A stretch of DNA of 64,000 bases. Source: an uncultured bacterium. GTDB lineage: Bacteria; Abyssobacteria; SURF-5. The translations under genes were made by a program, and so were the position numbers. A model generated the notes under the pieces. It was not told the DNA's origin. It was given only the letters and a program-made list of their open reading frames with translations, and did no database searches. The stretch spans positions 28,643 to 92,642 of the forward strand of contig CAZSKP010000005.1 in assembly GCA_964607485.1 (NCBI GenBank), given 5' to 3'. Position 1 is the first letter of the stretch; the number at the start of each line of letters is the position of its first letter. Below are positions 20,153 to 29,110 of this stretch, one piece after another.

Positions 20153-21781
20153 ATACATAACCTGTACGGGGATACGCTCGGACTAAAAGCTAATCAAGTT
20201 CGACAACTGGAACGTATCTACAGACGAAAAATCACGCCCGATAGGATTGTCTCTCACGAGGTCGCCCGGATGCTGACCGAGCTTGCAAACGAAATCCGAA
20301 GACAGATCGGCATCCTGGTTGACCGAAAGGGGAGGGTCGCATATGTAATCGTGGGAGACTCGAAATCGGTGTTCCTACCCGACCTCGAAAGGGACTATCC
20401 TGCCTCCAACCACCGGCTGCGCGGCCTCAGACTCATCCACACCCACCTCCGGGGGGAGCCCCTGAACGACGACGACCTCACGGACCTTGCTCTGCTGAGG
20501 CTCGACATGGTGGTGGCCGTGGGCGTGGGCTCCGACGGTCTGCCGGAGATGGCTCACGCCGCCCATGTGCTACCCCTGAATCCGCAGGGGAAAAAATGGC
20601 GACTCCTTGAACCGCGACATCCCGCGCAGTTGGACACGGACTTTCTCGGCCTCATCAGTTCGCTTGAGGAAGAGATTGCCCGAAGCCAGCCGGGTCGGGC
20701 GCACAGGACCAACGACAGCCGCGCGATACTGGTGAGCGTGACCGCTTCGCCATCGTATGACGCCGAGGAGTCGCTGGAGGAGCTTCGACAGCTGGCGCTG
20801 ACCTCGAATGTCAACGTCGTCGATACGGTCATACAACGCCGCCATGCGGTCGATCCCCGGTTTCTCATGGGGAGGGGCAAAATGAAGGACCTGGTCTCCC
20901 GTTCCATGCAGGTCGGAGCCGACATCCTGATTTTTGACCAGAACCTGAATCCTTCCCAGCTCCGCGCCACCACCGACATGACCGAACTCAAGGTGCTCGA
21001 CCGGACCCAGCTCATCCTCGACATCTTCGCTCAACACGCCCACAGCACGGACGGCAAGATACAGGTCGAGCTGGCGCAGCTCAAGTATCTGCTCCCGAGG
21101 CTCGTGACGAAAAATACCGCCATGTCGCGCCTGACCGGCGGCATCGGCGGCCGGGGTCCCGGTGAGACGAAGCTGGAGATAAATCGCCGCCGGGCTCGCG
21201 ACAGGATTGTTCATCTCGAGAAAATGCTCCGCAGCTCGGCGCAAAGCCGGAAGCTGAGGCGCAATCGTCGCCGCAGGGAGGGGCTGCCGATAATCTCGAT
21301 AGTCGGCTACACCAACGCTGGCAAATCGACGTTGCTGAATTCGCTCACGAACAGCAACGTCGTTGTTGAAGACAAGCTGTTCGCTACGCTGGACACGGCC
21401 ACCCGTCGGCTGAGATTTCCCCGGGAGAGGGAGGTAATAATCACCGATACCGTCGGGTTCATAAGGGACCTCCCGCCGGAACTGATGGCGGCCTTCAAGG
21501 CCACGCTCGAGGAGCTGGAGGACGCCGACCTGCTGCTCCACGTCGCCGACGCAAGCAGTCCATACATTGAAAATCACGCGCAGGTCGTGGAAAAGACACT
21601 GGGGGAGCTGGGCTTCACCGGCAAACCTCGGCTGCTTGCCCTCAACAAAATCGACAGAATCCCCGCCGAAACGGCGGCCAATCTGGCGCGAGGATTGGGC
21701 GGGGTCGCCATTTGCGCTCTCGACCGCAGCTCGCTTTTCCCGCTCATCGAGAGGATGGACGCCATCTTGTGGCCGGAATAG
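20153..21781 (+). CDS. hflX: Ribosome-splitting GTPase HflX, N-terminally extended form; probable ATA start
   Basis: LIHTH; LILDIFAQHA; GPGETKLE; G1 VGYTNAGKST; LFATLD; TDTVGFI; NKID. The frame stays open 39 codons upstream of the track ATG (20270), encoding IHNLYGDTLGLKANQVRQLERIYRRK behind AAGGAGG. Confidence 0.93.
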   Translation: MHNLYGDTLGLKANQVRQLERIYRRKITPDRIVSHEVARMLTELANEIRRQIGILVDRKGRVAYVIVGDSKSVFLPDLERDYPASNHRLRGLRLIHTHLRGEPLNDDDLTDLALLRLDMVVAVGVGSDGLPEMAHAAHVLPLNPQGKKWRLLEPRHPAQLDTDFLGLISSLEEEIARSQPGRAHRTNDSRAILVSVTASPSYDAEESLEELRQLALTSNVNVVDTVIQRRHAVDPRFLMGRGKMKDLVSRSMQVGADILIFDQNLNPSQLRATTDMTELKVLDRTQLILDIFAQHAHSTDGKIQVELAQLKYLLPRLVTKNTAMSRLTGGIGGRGPGETKLEINRRRARDRIVHLEKMLRSSAQSRKLRRNRRRREGLPIISIVGYTNAGKSTLLNSLTNSNVVVEDKLFATLDTATRRLRFPREREVIITDTVGFIRDLPPELMAAFKATLEELEDADLLLHVADASSPYIENHAQVVEKTLGELGFTGKPRLLALNKIDRIPAETAANLARGLGGVAICALDRSSLFPLIERMDAILWPE

Positions 21782-21806
21782 ATACTACTCGGAACAGTCA
21801 ATAGTC

Positions 21807-21903
21807 GTCATTCTGAGCGCAGCGAAGAATCTCAAAGATTGTGACGGGTCCGGCCGAAAACGAGATCCTTCACTTGGGCCTGCGGCCCTTCGTTCAGGAT
21901 GAC
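21807..21903. repeat. Short inverted-repeat (REP/MITE-like) element
   Basis: Starts GTCATTCTGAGCGCAGCGAAGAATCT and ends AGATCCTTC...TTCAGGATGAC (imperfect terminal inverted repeats); no coding capacity. Confidence 0.65.
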
Positions 21904-21964
21904 GAAAGTGTGAAGTAGATATTGCTCCCAATAGATAAATCTTTTCGGCGACTCAGTCGTTTAT

Positions 21965-22615
21965 ATGTATGGAAAGACAGGTGAACGTCCGGAGAAGGGG
22001 AACGCCGTCTTGTTCGGGAACATCCCTGACGAAGTCTTGATGCAGAGATATGCGAAGGGGGACATCGAGGCCTTCGAGGAGCTTGTCTATCGCCATCGGA
22101 GGCCGTTGTTCGGATATCTCTGTCGAATGCTGGGAAATCGAGAACATGCCGAGGACACGTTTCAGGAGGTATTCGTCCGGGTGATAAACTCCCGAAGCCG
22201 GTACAAGAAGAGCGCGAAGTTCACCACGTGGCTGTACAGGATCGCGCACAACGCGTGCATCGACGCGCTCCGGCGGGAGGGTTACAGGAAGACCGAGTCT
22301 CTCTTTGACCCGGCAGGCGCAGGGACCGACGGCGAGGTGAAGTTGCAGGATGTGATACCAAGCGCCAACCCCGGTCCGGACGAGGCGCTTGCAACACAGC
22401 AGTTGTCGGAAACGCTCAAGAAATGCGTTTCGCGTCTGACCCCGGAACAGAGGGAGGTATTCGTGCTGAGGCAGTATCAGAACCTTCCTTTCCGAGAGAT
22501 AGCCCGTGCGACCCGGACCACCGAGAGCACGGTGAAGAGCAGGATGCGATACGCCCTCAACAACCTTCGCGCCATGCTCGTTGAGGAGCGCATCGTCGAG
22601 GAGGTGGCCCCGTAA
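21965..22615 (+). CDS. ECF-family RNA polymerase sigma factor (true start possibly TTG 22010)
   Basis: DEVLMQRYAKGDIEAFEELV; AEDTFQEVF; FTTWLYRIAHN; LTPEQREVFVLR; STVKSRMRYA. Confidence 0.93.
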   Translation: MYGKTGERPEKGNAVLFGNIPDEVLMQRYAKGDIEAFEELVYRHRRPLFGYLCRMLGNREHAEDTFQEVFVRVINSRSRYKKSAKFTTWLYRIAHNACIDALRREGYRKTESLFDPAGAGTDGEVKLQDVIPSANPGPDEALATQQLSETLKKCVSRLTPEQREVFVLRQYQNLPFREIARATRTTESTVKSRMRYALNNLRAMLVEERIVEEVAP

Positions 22616-22616
22616 C

Positions 22617-23867
22617 ATGAATTGCCGCAAAGCACGGTCGCTGATGCTTGATTATCTGTACGACGACCTTGGGCTGCGCAAGCAGAAGGCTTTCAAGAAA
22701 CACCTGCAGGTGTGCGCCAAATGCTCCAAGGAACTCGCCGCCCACGAGGACACCGTCTCGATTTTCCACGGATTGCCCATGGAAGAACCGCCGGAGGGTA
22801 TCGAGGTAAAGATGGCGGCCATAGCAGCCATCGTGGATGAAGAGGCCGAACGCCGCGAACGCGCCCGCGCGAGAACCCCTCGCTATTGGAGGCCGGCCCT
22901 CGCGGCTGCCGCGGCCGCTGCGCTCGTCGTCACCACCGTCGTGTACTATCTGCCCCGGGCCGCGAGCGAGAGGATGGCCGCGCGGAAGTCACAGGTAGCG
23001 TGGCAGGGGGGAGAAGTGTCGGAGCAACCGAAACCGGCGGCGGCCCTCTCCAAGGACGGAGCTTTCGAGGGAGAGAAGGGCGCAAGGGCCTACAAGGCCC
23101 ACAAAGTGGACTTCGGTCTCGGCGCGACGTCGGACAGCCTCGGAAACGAGGTTTCACGCAGCGAGATTGCCACGGAGGAGTATCGGGGGAGGGACCTTAA
23201 GTATTCGGCTCCCGCCATGGCCTCGCCGGCCCCTGCCGCCGAACGTCCGCTTGCGAGGCGCGAACTTCGCTCGCGAACCGGTGAGGCGTCTGCTCAGTTG
23301 CCGGCTGATGAGGAAGTGGTTGCCGGCTCAATCAGCGCTCCGGCTAAGATCGCCGAATCCCAGGATGTTCTGTCCGGCGCGAAAGAGCCGGCCAAGCAGG
23401 AGCCGGACATCGCGGCGGTCGAGGAGGCTCCGAAAGAGCAGGAAGCAAAAGATAGAGCGGCGAAGGTCGAGCTTGCCGAGGGCAATGCATACTTCGACAG
23501 GCTCGATTACGATCAGGCCGCGACGCACTATGAAAGAGTCATCGACCTTGAGGCCCAGGAGGAACTCACGGCGGAGGCGCGGTATCGGCTCGGCCAAAGC
23601 TACCAGGAAATGAAACAGTGGGAAAAGGCCGTCGCCGCGTATGAAGAAATCATCAAGAATGAGCCCGATTCCCCCGAATTGGGTGAGGTGTATATCGCCG
23701 TCGGCGAATGTTACCTTGCGATGGGCAGGACAGAGGATGCGTTGCACAGCTTCGAGACCGTCCGCGACCGGTTCCCGGCCCTGCGTGAACTCGCGCTTGA
23801 GAAGATCGACCTCGCCGTCTCACAACAGAAAAAGACCGAGAGAGCGAACCAACCGCCTCCTCCCTGA
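22617..23867 (+). CDS. Anti-sigma factor: zf-HC2 domain, TM helix, low-complexity linker, C-terminal TPRs
   Basis: MNC...HLQVCAKC (HxxxCxxC); hydrophobic ALAAAAAAALVVTTVVYYL; TPR motifs ARYRLGQSY and EVYIAVGECY; begins 1 nt after the sigma gene stop. Confidence 0.85.
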   Translation: MNCRKARSLMLDYLYDDLGLRKQKAFKKHLQVCAKCSKELAAHEDTVSIFHGLPMEEPPEGIEVKMAAIAAIVDEEAERRERARARTPRYWRPALAAAAAAALVVTTVVYYLPRAASERMAARKSQVAWQGGEVSEQPKPAAALSKDGAFEGEKGARAYKAHKVDFGLGATSDSLGNEVSRSEIATEEYRGRDLKYSAPAMASPAPAAERPLARRELRSRTGEASAQLPADEEVVAGSISAPAKIAESQDVLSGAKEPAKQEPDIAAVEEAPKEQEAKDRAAKVELAEGNAYFDRLDYDQAATHYERVIDLEAQEELTAEARYRLGQSYQEMKQWEKAVAAYEEIIKNEPDSPELGEVYIAVGECYLAMGRTEDALHSFETVRDRFPALRELALEKIDLAVSQQKKTERANQPPPP

Positions 23868-23871
23868 CGCT

Positions 23872-23916
23872 GTCATTGCGAGGAGTCCTGCCCTTGGCGG
23901 GACGACGCGGCAACCC
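23872..23916. repeat. REP-like repeat fragment
   Basis: GTCATTGCGAGGAG-tcctgccc-ttggc-gggacgac-GCGGCAACCC immediately after the anti-sigma stop. Confidence 0.5.
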
Positions 23917-23952
23917 CTCTTTACCGCAAGCCGTTGTGAACCGCGAATTCAC

Positions 23953-23974
23953 GTAGCGCAGGCATCCTGCCTGC
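23953..23974. repeat. REP-like palindrome (GTAG class)
   Basis: GTAGC followed by GCAGGCA-TCC-TGCCTGC. Confidence 0.55.
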
Positions 23975-24252
23975 AAGAAGAAGCCTCTTTTTCTAACCAC
24001 GGGTTAGCACGGATTCTTTATCCAGAAAGCGAGGGTCAGGTCTTGCAATGACACATTGTTGCAATGCAAGACCTGACCCCAAGATCACAAGTCTGAAAAT
24101 TTTCGGAGAGGTTCTTCTCCACATTCTTCGCGTTTCCGTGGGTGGTGCGTCGTCCGGTCGTCCCGAAACCGGCTCCGCTCAATTATTGCGGGCGTGCGGA
24201 AATGCTATTCTTGATATTTCGCGATTTGCTCCTACGGGTTTGCGCGTCCATA

Positions 24253-24281
24253 TTTACAATATAGGGCCGATGATGTAGAAT
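24253..24281 (+). promoter_or_regulatory. sigma70 promoter for the AOR gene
   Basis: TTTACA-N17-TAGAAT with extended -10 TG. Confidence 0.6.
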
Positions 24282-24335
24282 AGCCTCCGTATTTCTACAC
24301 CTTCACTCAGCGTCTGGCAAACAGGAGAAATCATC

Positions 24336-26195
24336 ATGGGAACGCAGAGTGGCAAACTCTTAGAGGTTGACCTCTCGTCGGGCAAGATTTCGACGCGCAC
24401 GCTCGACGATGAGGTCCTGCGCGATTACGTCGGCGGGAGCGGTATGGCGGCAAAGCTGTTTGTGGATGACGGTGTGCCGGCCGACTGCGACCCACTGGGG
24501 CCTGAGAACAACTTGTATATTCTCACCGGGCCGCTGACCGGAAGCGGCCTTCCGGCGACGCCCCGATTCAGCGTGGCGGCGAAATCGCCGCTGACGGGCA
24601 TCTGGGGTGAGGCCAACAGCGGCGGCTATTTCGGGCCCGCGCTGAAGTTTGCGGGATGGGACGGCATTGTCGTTCGCGGTCAATCGAAAAAGCCGGTGAT
24701 GCTCATCATCGAGGATCAGAAGGCCGAGCTTCAAGACGCCTCCGACCTGTGGGGCAAGGACACCTACGAGACGGCCGACGCACTGGCCCAAAAATATGAG
24801 GGCAAACCGGCCGTCAGGACCGTCTCTATAGGCCCGGCCGGCGAGAACCTCGTGAAGTTTGCCGCGGTCTGCGACGGCAAGCATGACTATGCCGGCCGCA
24901 CCGGCCTGGGCGCGGTGATGGGGTCGAAGAAGCTCAAAGCCATCGCCGTGAGAGGCACGGGCAAGCTCACACCCGCCGATAAGGACGCCTTTTCAGAAGT
25001 GCGCAAGGCGGTCACCGAAAAGGTCAACGAAGGCATGTTCACCATGGCGCTGAAATCCATGGGCACGAACGCCGGGATGGTCATGGGCATGACCATGGGC
25101 GACGTGCCCACGAAGAACTGGATTGTCGGCGAAGACATGGAATGCGCCAACGAGCTCAGTTCGATAGTGATGAACGAAAAGTACCTCACGAAGGCCTCGG
25201 CGTGTTATGGCTGTCCTATCGGCTGCAAGCGCAACGTGAAGGTCGATGAAGGCCCGTACAAGATGGAGCCCGGCGCCGGACCTGAATATGAGACGATGGC
25301 GTCGTTCGGCACGATGTGCATGATATGCGACCAGGCGGCGGTCAGCAAGATCAACGAACTCTGCAACCGCTTAGGATTAGATACGATTTCGTGCGGCTGC
25401 ACGATAGCGTTTGCAATCGAATGCTACGAATCCGGACTGCTGACCGATGCCGACACCGGCGGCCTGAAGCTCAATTGGGGCAGCGCCGACGCCGTCATAG
25501 AGCTCATCGGAAAGATAGCCAGACGCGACGGCATGGGCGACCTGCTCGCCGAAGGAAGCAGGGCCGCCGCGAAGAAAATCGGCAAAGGCGCCGCCGACCT
25601 CGCCGTCGAGGTGAAAGGCCTCGAGGCGCCCATGCACGACCCACGCGCGTTCCACGGGCTCGGGTTGGCCTATGCGATGTCGGTCCGGGGCGCGTGTCAC
25701 CTCTCCCACCTCGACCTGTTTGCGGAACAGGGGGGAGTGTCGATGCCCGAAGCGGGTATCGAGGGCGGCTACATTGGCCAGTCGAGCGAAGGCAAGGGCA
25801 AGCTCGTCTGGGTGACAGAAAACCTTGCGGCGCTCCTGCAATCCACAGGCATGTGCTACTTCGGCGCGGCCTCTCTGGATTTCCACGATATGACCAAGAT
25901 GCTCAACACGGCGGCGGGACGGGACTACACGGTGGAGGATCTTCTGCGGATAGGTGAACGACTGTGGCTGCTCAAACGCTCCATCAGCAATATGATGGGC
26001 GTGACGGTTGAAGACGACAGGCTGCCGAGGAAAATACTCACGCCCACAGAACAGGGCGGGGCAGCGGGCTCGGTTCCCGACATCGAATCTATGATGAAGG
26101 AGTACTACGAGATCCGCGGACTCGACATGCGCGGAGTGCCGAAGAAGGATAAGCTCGCCGCAGTCGGACTTGGCGACATCGCCAAGAAGCTGTGA
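24336..26195 (+). CDS. Aldehyde:ferredoxin oxidoreductase family (W/Mo-bis-pterin)
   Basis: AKSPLTG...EANSGG; IGPAGENLV; GRTGLGAVMGSKKLKAIAV; CYGCPIGC; GPEYET; GLDTISCG; DPR...GACH; DRLP. Confidence 0.95.
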   Translation: MGTQSGKLLEVDLSSGKISTRTLDDEVLRDYVGGSGMAAKLFVDDGVPADCDPLGPENNLYILTGPLTGSGLPATPRFSVAAKSPLTGIWGEANSGGYFGPALKFAGWDGIVVRGQSKKPVMLIIEDQKAELQDASDLWGKDTYETADALAQKYEGKPAVRTVSIGPAGENLVKFAAVCDGKHDYAGRTGLGAVMGSKKLKAIAVRGTGKLTPADKDAFSEVRKAVTEKVNEGMFTMALKSMGTNAGMVMGMTMGDVPTKNWIVGEDMECANELSSIVMNEKYLTKASACYGCPIGCKRNVKVDEGPYKMEPGAGPEYETMASFGTMCMICDQAAVSKINELCNRLGLDTISCGCTIAFAIECYESGLLTDADTGGLKLNWGSADAVIELIGKIARRDGMGDLLAEGSRAAAKKIGKGAADLAVEVKGLEAPMHDPRAFHGLGLAYAMSVRGACHLSHLDLFAEQGGVSMPEAGIEGGYIGQSSEGKGKLVWVTENLAALLQSTGMCYFGAASLDFHDMTKMLNTAAGRDYTVEDLLRIGERLWLLKRSISNMMGVTVEDDRLPRKILTPTEQGGAAGSVPDIESMMKEYYEIRGLDMRGVPKKDKLAAVGLGDIAKKL

Positions 26196-26224
26196 AGCCG
26201 GGGAAATCTTTAAGAGATGTCCAG

Positions 26225-26252
26225 AGGCCGGAGGAAGCAATCTCCGGCCTTT
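26225..26252 (+). terminator. Hairpin after AOR, likely intrinsic terminator
   Basis: AGGCCGGAG-gaagcaat-CTCCGGCCT-TT. Confidence 0.5.
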
Positions 26253-26308
26253 GGGTTTAGGTGTCCGGGTCTTAGGATCCCCACGGTCATTGCGGGCAGC
26301 CGATTTCC

Positions 26309-26338
26309 TTGACTTTGTCCGAGTTGTTTTCATATAAT
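26309..26338 (+). promoter_or_regulatory. sigma70 promoter for the spermidine-synthase-like gene
   Basis: TTGACT-N18-TATAAT. Confidence 0.55.
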
Positions 26339-26437
26339 TTTACAGCGCTTCGCAGTCATGGCTCACAGGCGAGCAGCGGAGAGCATTTTCGCTCAAGAAG
26401 GTAGTTGTCTCTTTTTTTTTCTAAACATGGAGTCATC

Positions 26438-28846
26438 ATGAGGGAGGATGTAGCAACTCACCTCCGACCGAATCACGCCGAAGAAACAGGTGAACAGGCG
26501 TCCTCACAGGAACTTCTGCCCAAAGGTTACGCCATCTTCTTCTTGCTTTTCTTCTTGTCCGGCATGTGCGCCCTCGTCTATGAAGTAACGTGGACACGAA
26601 GGCTCATACTCGTTTTCGGGAACACGGTCTATTCGGTCAGCACGGTCCTGGTCGCCTTTATGGGTGGTTTGGCCTTCGGGAGCGTGTTTTTCGGACGCCT
26701 CATTGACAGGAGGCAGGACCCCGTCCGAGTGTACGGCCTGCTCGAAATCGGCATCGGCATCTCGGCGGTCCTTATCCCGCTGGCACTCGCCGGACTGAAC
26801 CCGGCCTACCGGCTCTTGTACAGCGCCTTCGGCGCCTCCAACTACGTGATGAGCCTCACTCGATTTGTGCTCAGCATAGGGGTCCTGATAGTGCCCACGA
26901 CGCTGATGGGTGCGACCCTGCCCGTGTTGTCAAAATTCATCGTGCGCCGAATCGAGACAAGCGGTCTGGGAATCGGTTCGCTCTACGCGATAAACACCCT
27001 GGGCGCCGTGGCGGGATGTCTTCTGGGCGGTTTCGTCCTGATCGGATCGATCGGGATAACCCGCTCGGAGCAGGCGGCGGCAGTCGTGAATATGTTCATC
27101 GGGCTCACGGCATTCAGACTGCATCATAAACTTGGAGGTGTCTTTTCCAACGTTACCGACGCAGACGAACTCGGGGGAGCTGCGGAAGGAGTGACGTATC
27201 AACCGGGCATTCTGCGGTTTGTCCTGCTGATATTCGGCGTTTCGGGCATGCTCGCATTGGCGTACGAAGTTCTGTGGACGCGCATACTGGTATTCCTGCT
27301 CGGCAGCTCGATTTATTCGTTCTCGATGATCCTGGCGGTTTATCTTCTGGGATTGACGGCGGGCAGCCTCCTCATGGCCAGAATTGTGGAAAAGGTGAAA
27401 TGGCCCCTCCACGTATTCGGCTGGCTGGAAGTTCTCATAGGAGTCAGCGTCCTCGCGGGGATGTTGCTCTTCAACAGGCTGCCGTTTCAGGAATACGGAT
27501 TGAGGGTGAACCCTTTAAGTTACCTCTCCAAGAATTTCCTCGGCACGCTTGCGGTCGTGCTGCCGCCCACACTGCTGATGGGGGCAACTTTTCCCGTGGC
27601 CGTGAGGATATATGCCCGCAGCCTTGACGCCATAGGCCGCCAGACCGGCGCTCTCTACGCGGTCAACACGGTCGGGGCCATCGTGGGCTCTTTTGCCTCA
27701 GGTTTTGTGATGATTCCGCTGCTTGGGTCAAAGAACAGCATGATGCTGCTGATTCTGCTCAGCATCGCCGCCGGCTTCTCGCTGTTATATCTTTCGATGA
27801 GGCGGGAAGGCTCGACCGCCTTGAATTGGATAGCCGGCGGATTGCTCATCCTGCCCCTGGCCGGGTTCCCCTTCGGCAACGAATTGATGAAGGACCTCTC
27901 GCTCAAGGCTTCGAAAATGCAAGACGGGCGGGTCATAGCCTTTGATGAAGATGCGACGGCGACGGTGGCGGTTTTGGGGAGAGATGTAAAGAGATACAGG
28001 ATGCTCTCCGTGAATGGGTACACAATGGCGATTCTGTGCACCGACACTCAGCTCATGGCGCATCTTCCGCTCGCGCTGTTATGGGACAAAGACCCCCAGG
28101 ACGTTCTGAACATCTGTTTCGGCATGGGCACGACCTTTGTCTCGGCCAGGCGGGCCGGAATGAACGTGGATTTCGTCGAGCTTTGCCCGTATGTTGTGAA
28201 GGCGTTCAAATACTTTCAAGAAGATCCGTCGATGCTAAACAAGCCGGGTGTGGGAGAGATCATCGCCGACGGCAGAAACTATCTTCTCCTCTCGGACAAG
28301 AGTTACGACCTGATTACGATCGACCCACCGCCTCCGCCGTGGAGCGTTGGAACGGCGAACCTGTGTACGAAGGAATTCTACGAACTCTGTAAGGAGCGGC
28401 TGAGGCCCGATGGAATCATATGCCAATGGCTTCCGACCGTTCATGATGCGCTGTCCGTTCCTCAATACCGAATGCTTTTGAGAACGTTCATGGAGGTCTT
28501 CCCGCATACCTCGGTCTGGGGTTCGCCAAGCAACTTCGGCACATACCTGATCGGCACGCCCGAGCGTCTCCGCATTGACAAAGAGTCGTTCGATGAGTAC
28601 TTTGAAGCCCCAGCGGTCAAGGCCGATTTTTCCCTGTACTATTCCGGGAATGTGGACGGGTCGCTTGTGCTCTCGTTGCTCATGCTCGATGAGGACGCGG
28701 CAAGGGATTACGTCGCGGGCGCTCCCGTCATGACCGACGACCTGCCCGTGACCGAGTTTCCATTATTCCGCAATGGCTCCTCAACCAAGATAATGGACCC
28801 GGACCTGCTGCTATACCGCAGGCTGAATAGGATCGGGACACCGTAG
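26438..28846 (+). CDS. Fused multi-TM / spermidine-synthase-like protein
   Basis: LSGMCALVYEVTWTRRL; PTTLMGATLP; LYAINTLGAV (repeated); C-terminal SAM/dcSAM fold ICFGMGTT, VEL, DGRNYL, YDLITIDPPPPW. Confidence 0.88.
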   Translation: MREDVATHLRPNHAEETGEQASSQELLPKGYAIFFLLFFLSGMCALVYEVTWTRRLILVFGNTVYSVSTVLVAFMGGLAFGSVFFGRLIDRRQDPVRVYGLLEIGIGISAVLIPLALAGLNPAYRLLYSAFGASNYVMSLTRFVLSIGVLIVPTTLMGATLPVLSKFIVRRIETSGLGIGSLYAINTLGAVAGCLLGGFVLIGSIGITRSEQAAAVVNMFIGLTAFRLHHKLGGVFSNVTDADELGGAAEGVTYQPGILRFVLLIFGVSGMLALAYEVLWTRILVFLLGSSIYSFSMILAVYLLGLTAGSLLMARIVEKVKWPLHVFGWLEVLIGVSVLAGMLLFNRLPFQEYGLRVNPLSYLSKNFLGTLAVVLPPTLLMGATFPVAVRIYARSLDAIGRQTGALYAVNTVGAIVGSFASGFVMIPLLGSKNSMMLLILLSIAAGFSLLYLSMRREGSTALNWIAGGLLILPLAGFPFGNELMKDLSLKASKMQDGRVIAFDEDATATVAVLGRDVKRYRMLSVNGYTMAILCTDTQLMAHLPLALLWDKDPQDVLNICFGMGTTFVSARRAGMNVDFVELCPYVVKAFKYFQEDPSMLNKPGVGEIIADGRNYLLLSDKSYDLITIDPPPPPWSVGTANLCTKEFYELCKERLRPDGIICQWLPTVHDALSVPQYRMLLRTFMEVFPHTSVWGSPSNFGTYLIGTPERLRIDKESFDEYFEAPAVKADFSLYYSGNVDGSLVLSLLMLDEDAARDYVAGAPVMTDDLPVTEFPLFRNGSSTKIMDPDLLLYRRLNRIGTP

Positions 28847-28971
28847 TGTCCCACGTCGGCCGGCTTGCCGATAGAGCCGCGCGCTGGCTGTCCGACAAGG
28901 GATATCCGGCGCGAATGCTGCCCGGCGGTTTCGACTCATGGGAAAAGAGCGGGCACCCGATAGAAAAGTGA
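28831..28971 (+). pseudogene. Remnant of the C-terminal half of a rhodanese-like domain
   Basis: Manual translation DRDTVVSHVGRLADRAARWLSDKGYPARMLPGGFDSWEKSGHPIEK*; resembles the rhodanese C-terminus (AA..L...G...L.GG...W...G.P) but has no active-site Cys or N-terminal half. Confidence 0.5.
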
Positions 28972-29025
28972 GAGGGTAGGGGGAAGCCCGCTTTCGCTTA
29001 ACGCCCACACCTTTTGTATACGGAG

Positions 29026-29055
29026 CAATCGGCCCGAAGTGATTCGGGCCGATTG
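29026..29055. terminator. 13-bp perfect hairpin between convergent genes
   Basis: CAATCGGCCCGAA-gtga-TTCGGGCCGATTG. Confidence 0.55.
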
Positions 29056-29110
29056 TCTTTCCGGGCACAATCGGAGAATTGAGAAGCCAGCGCTGCTTCG
29101 CGGCTGCTCT

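Noticed and set aside
26412-26420. T9 tract as a phase-variation switch
   Set aside because: Probably lies in the 5' UTR if the start is ATG 26438; a single sequence cannot show length variation
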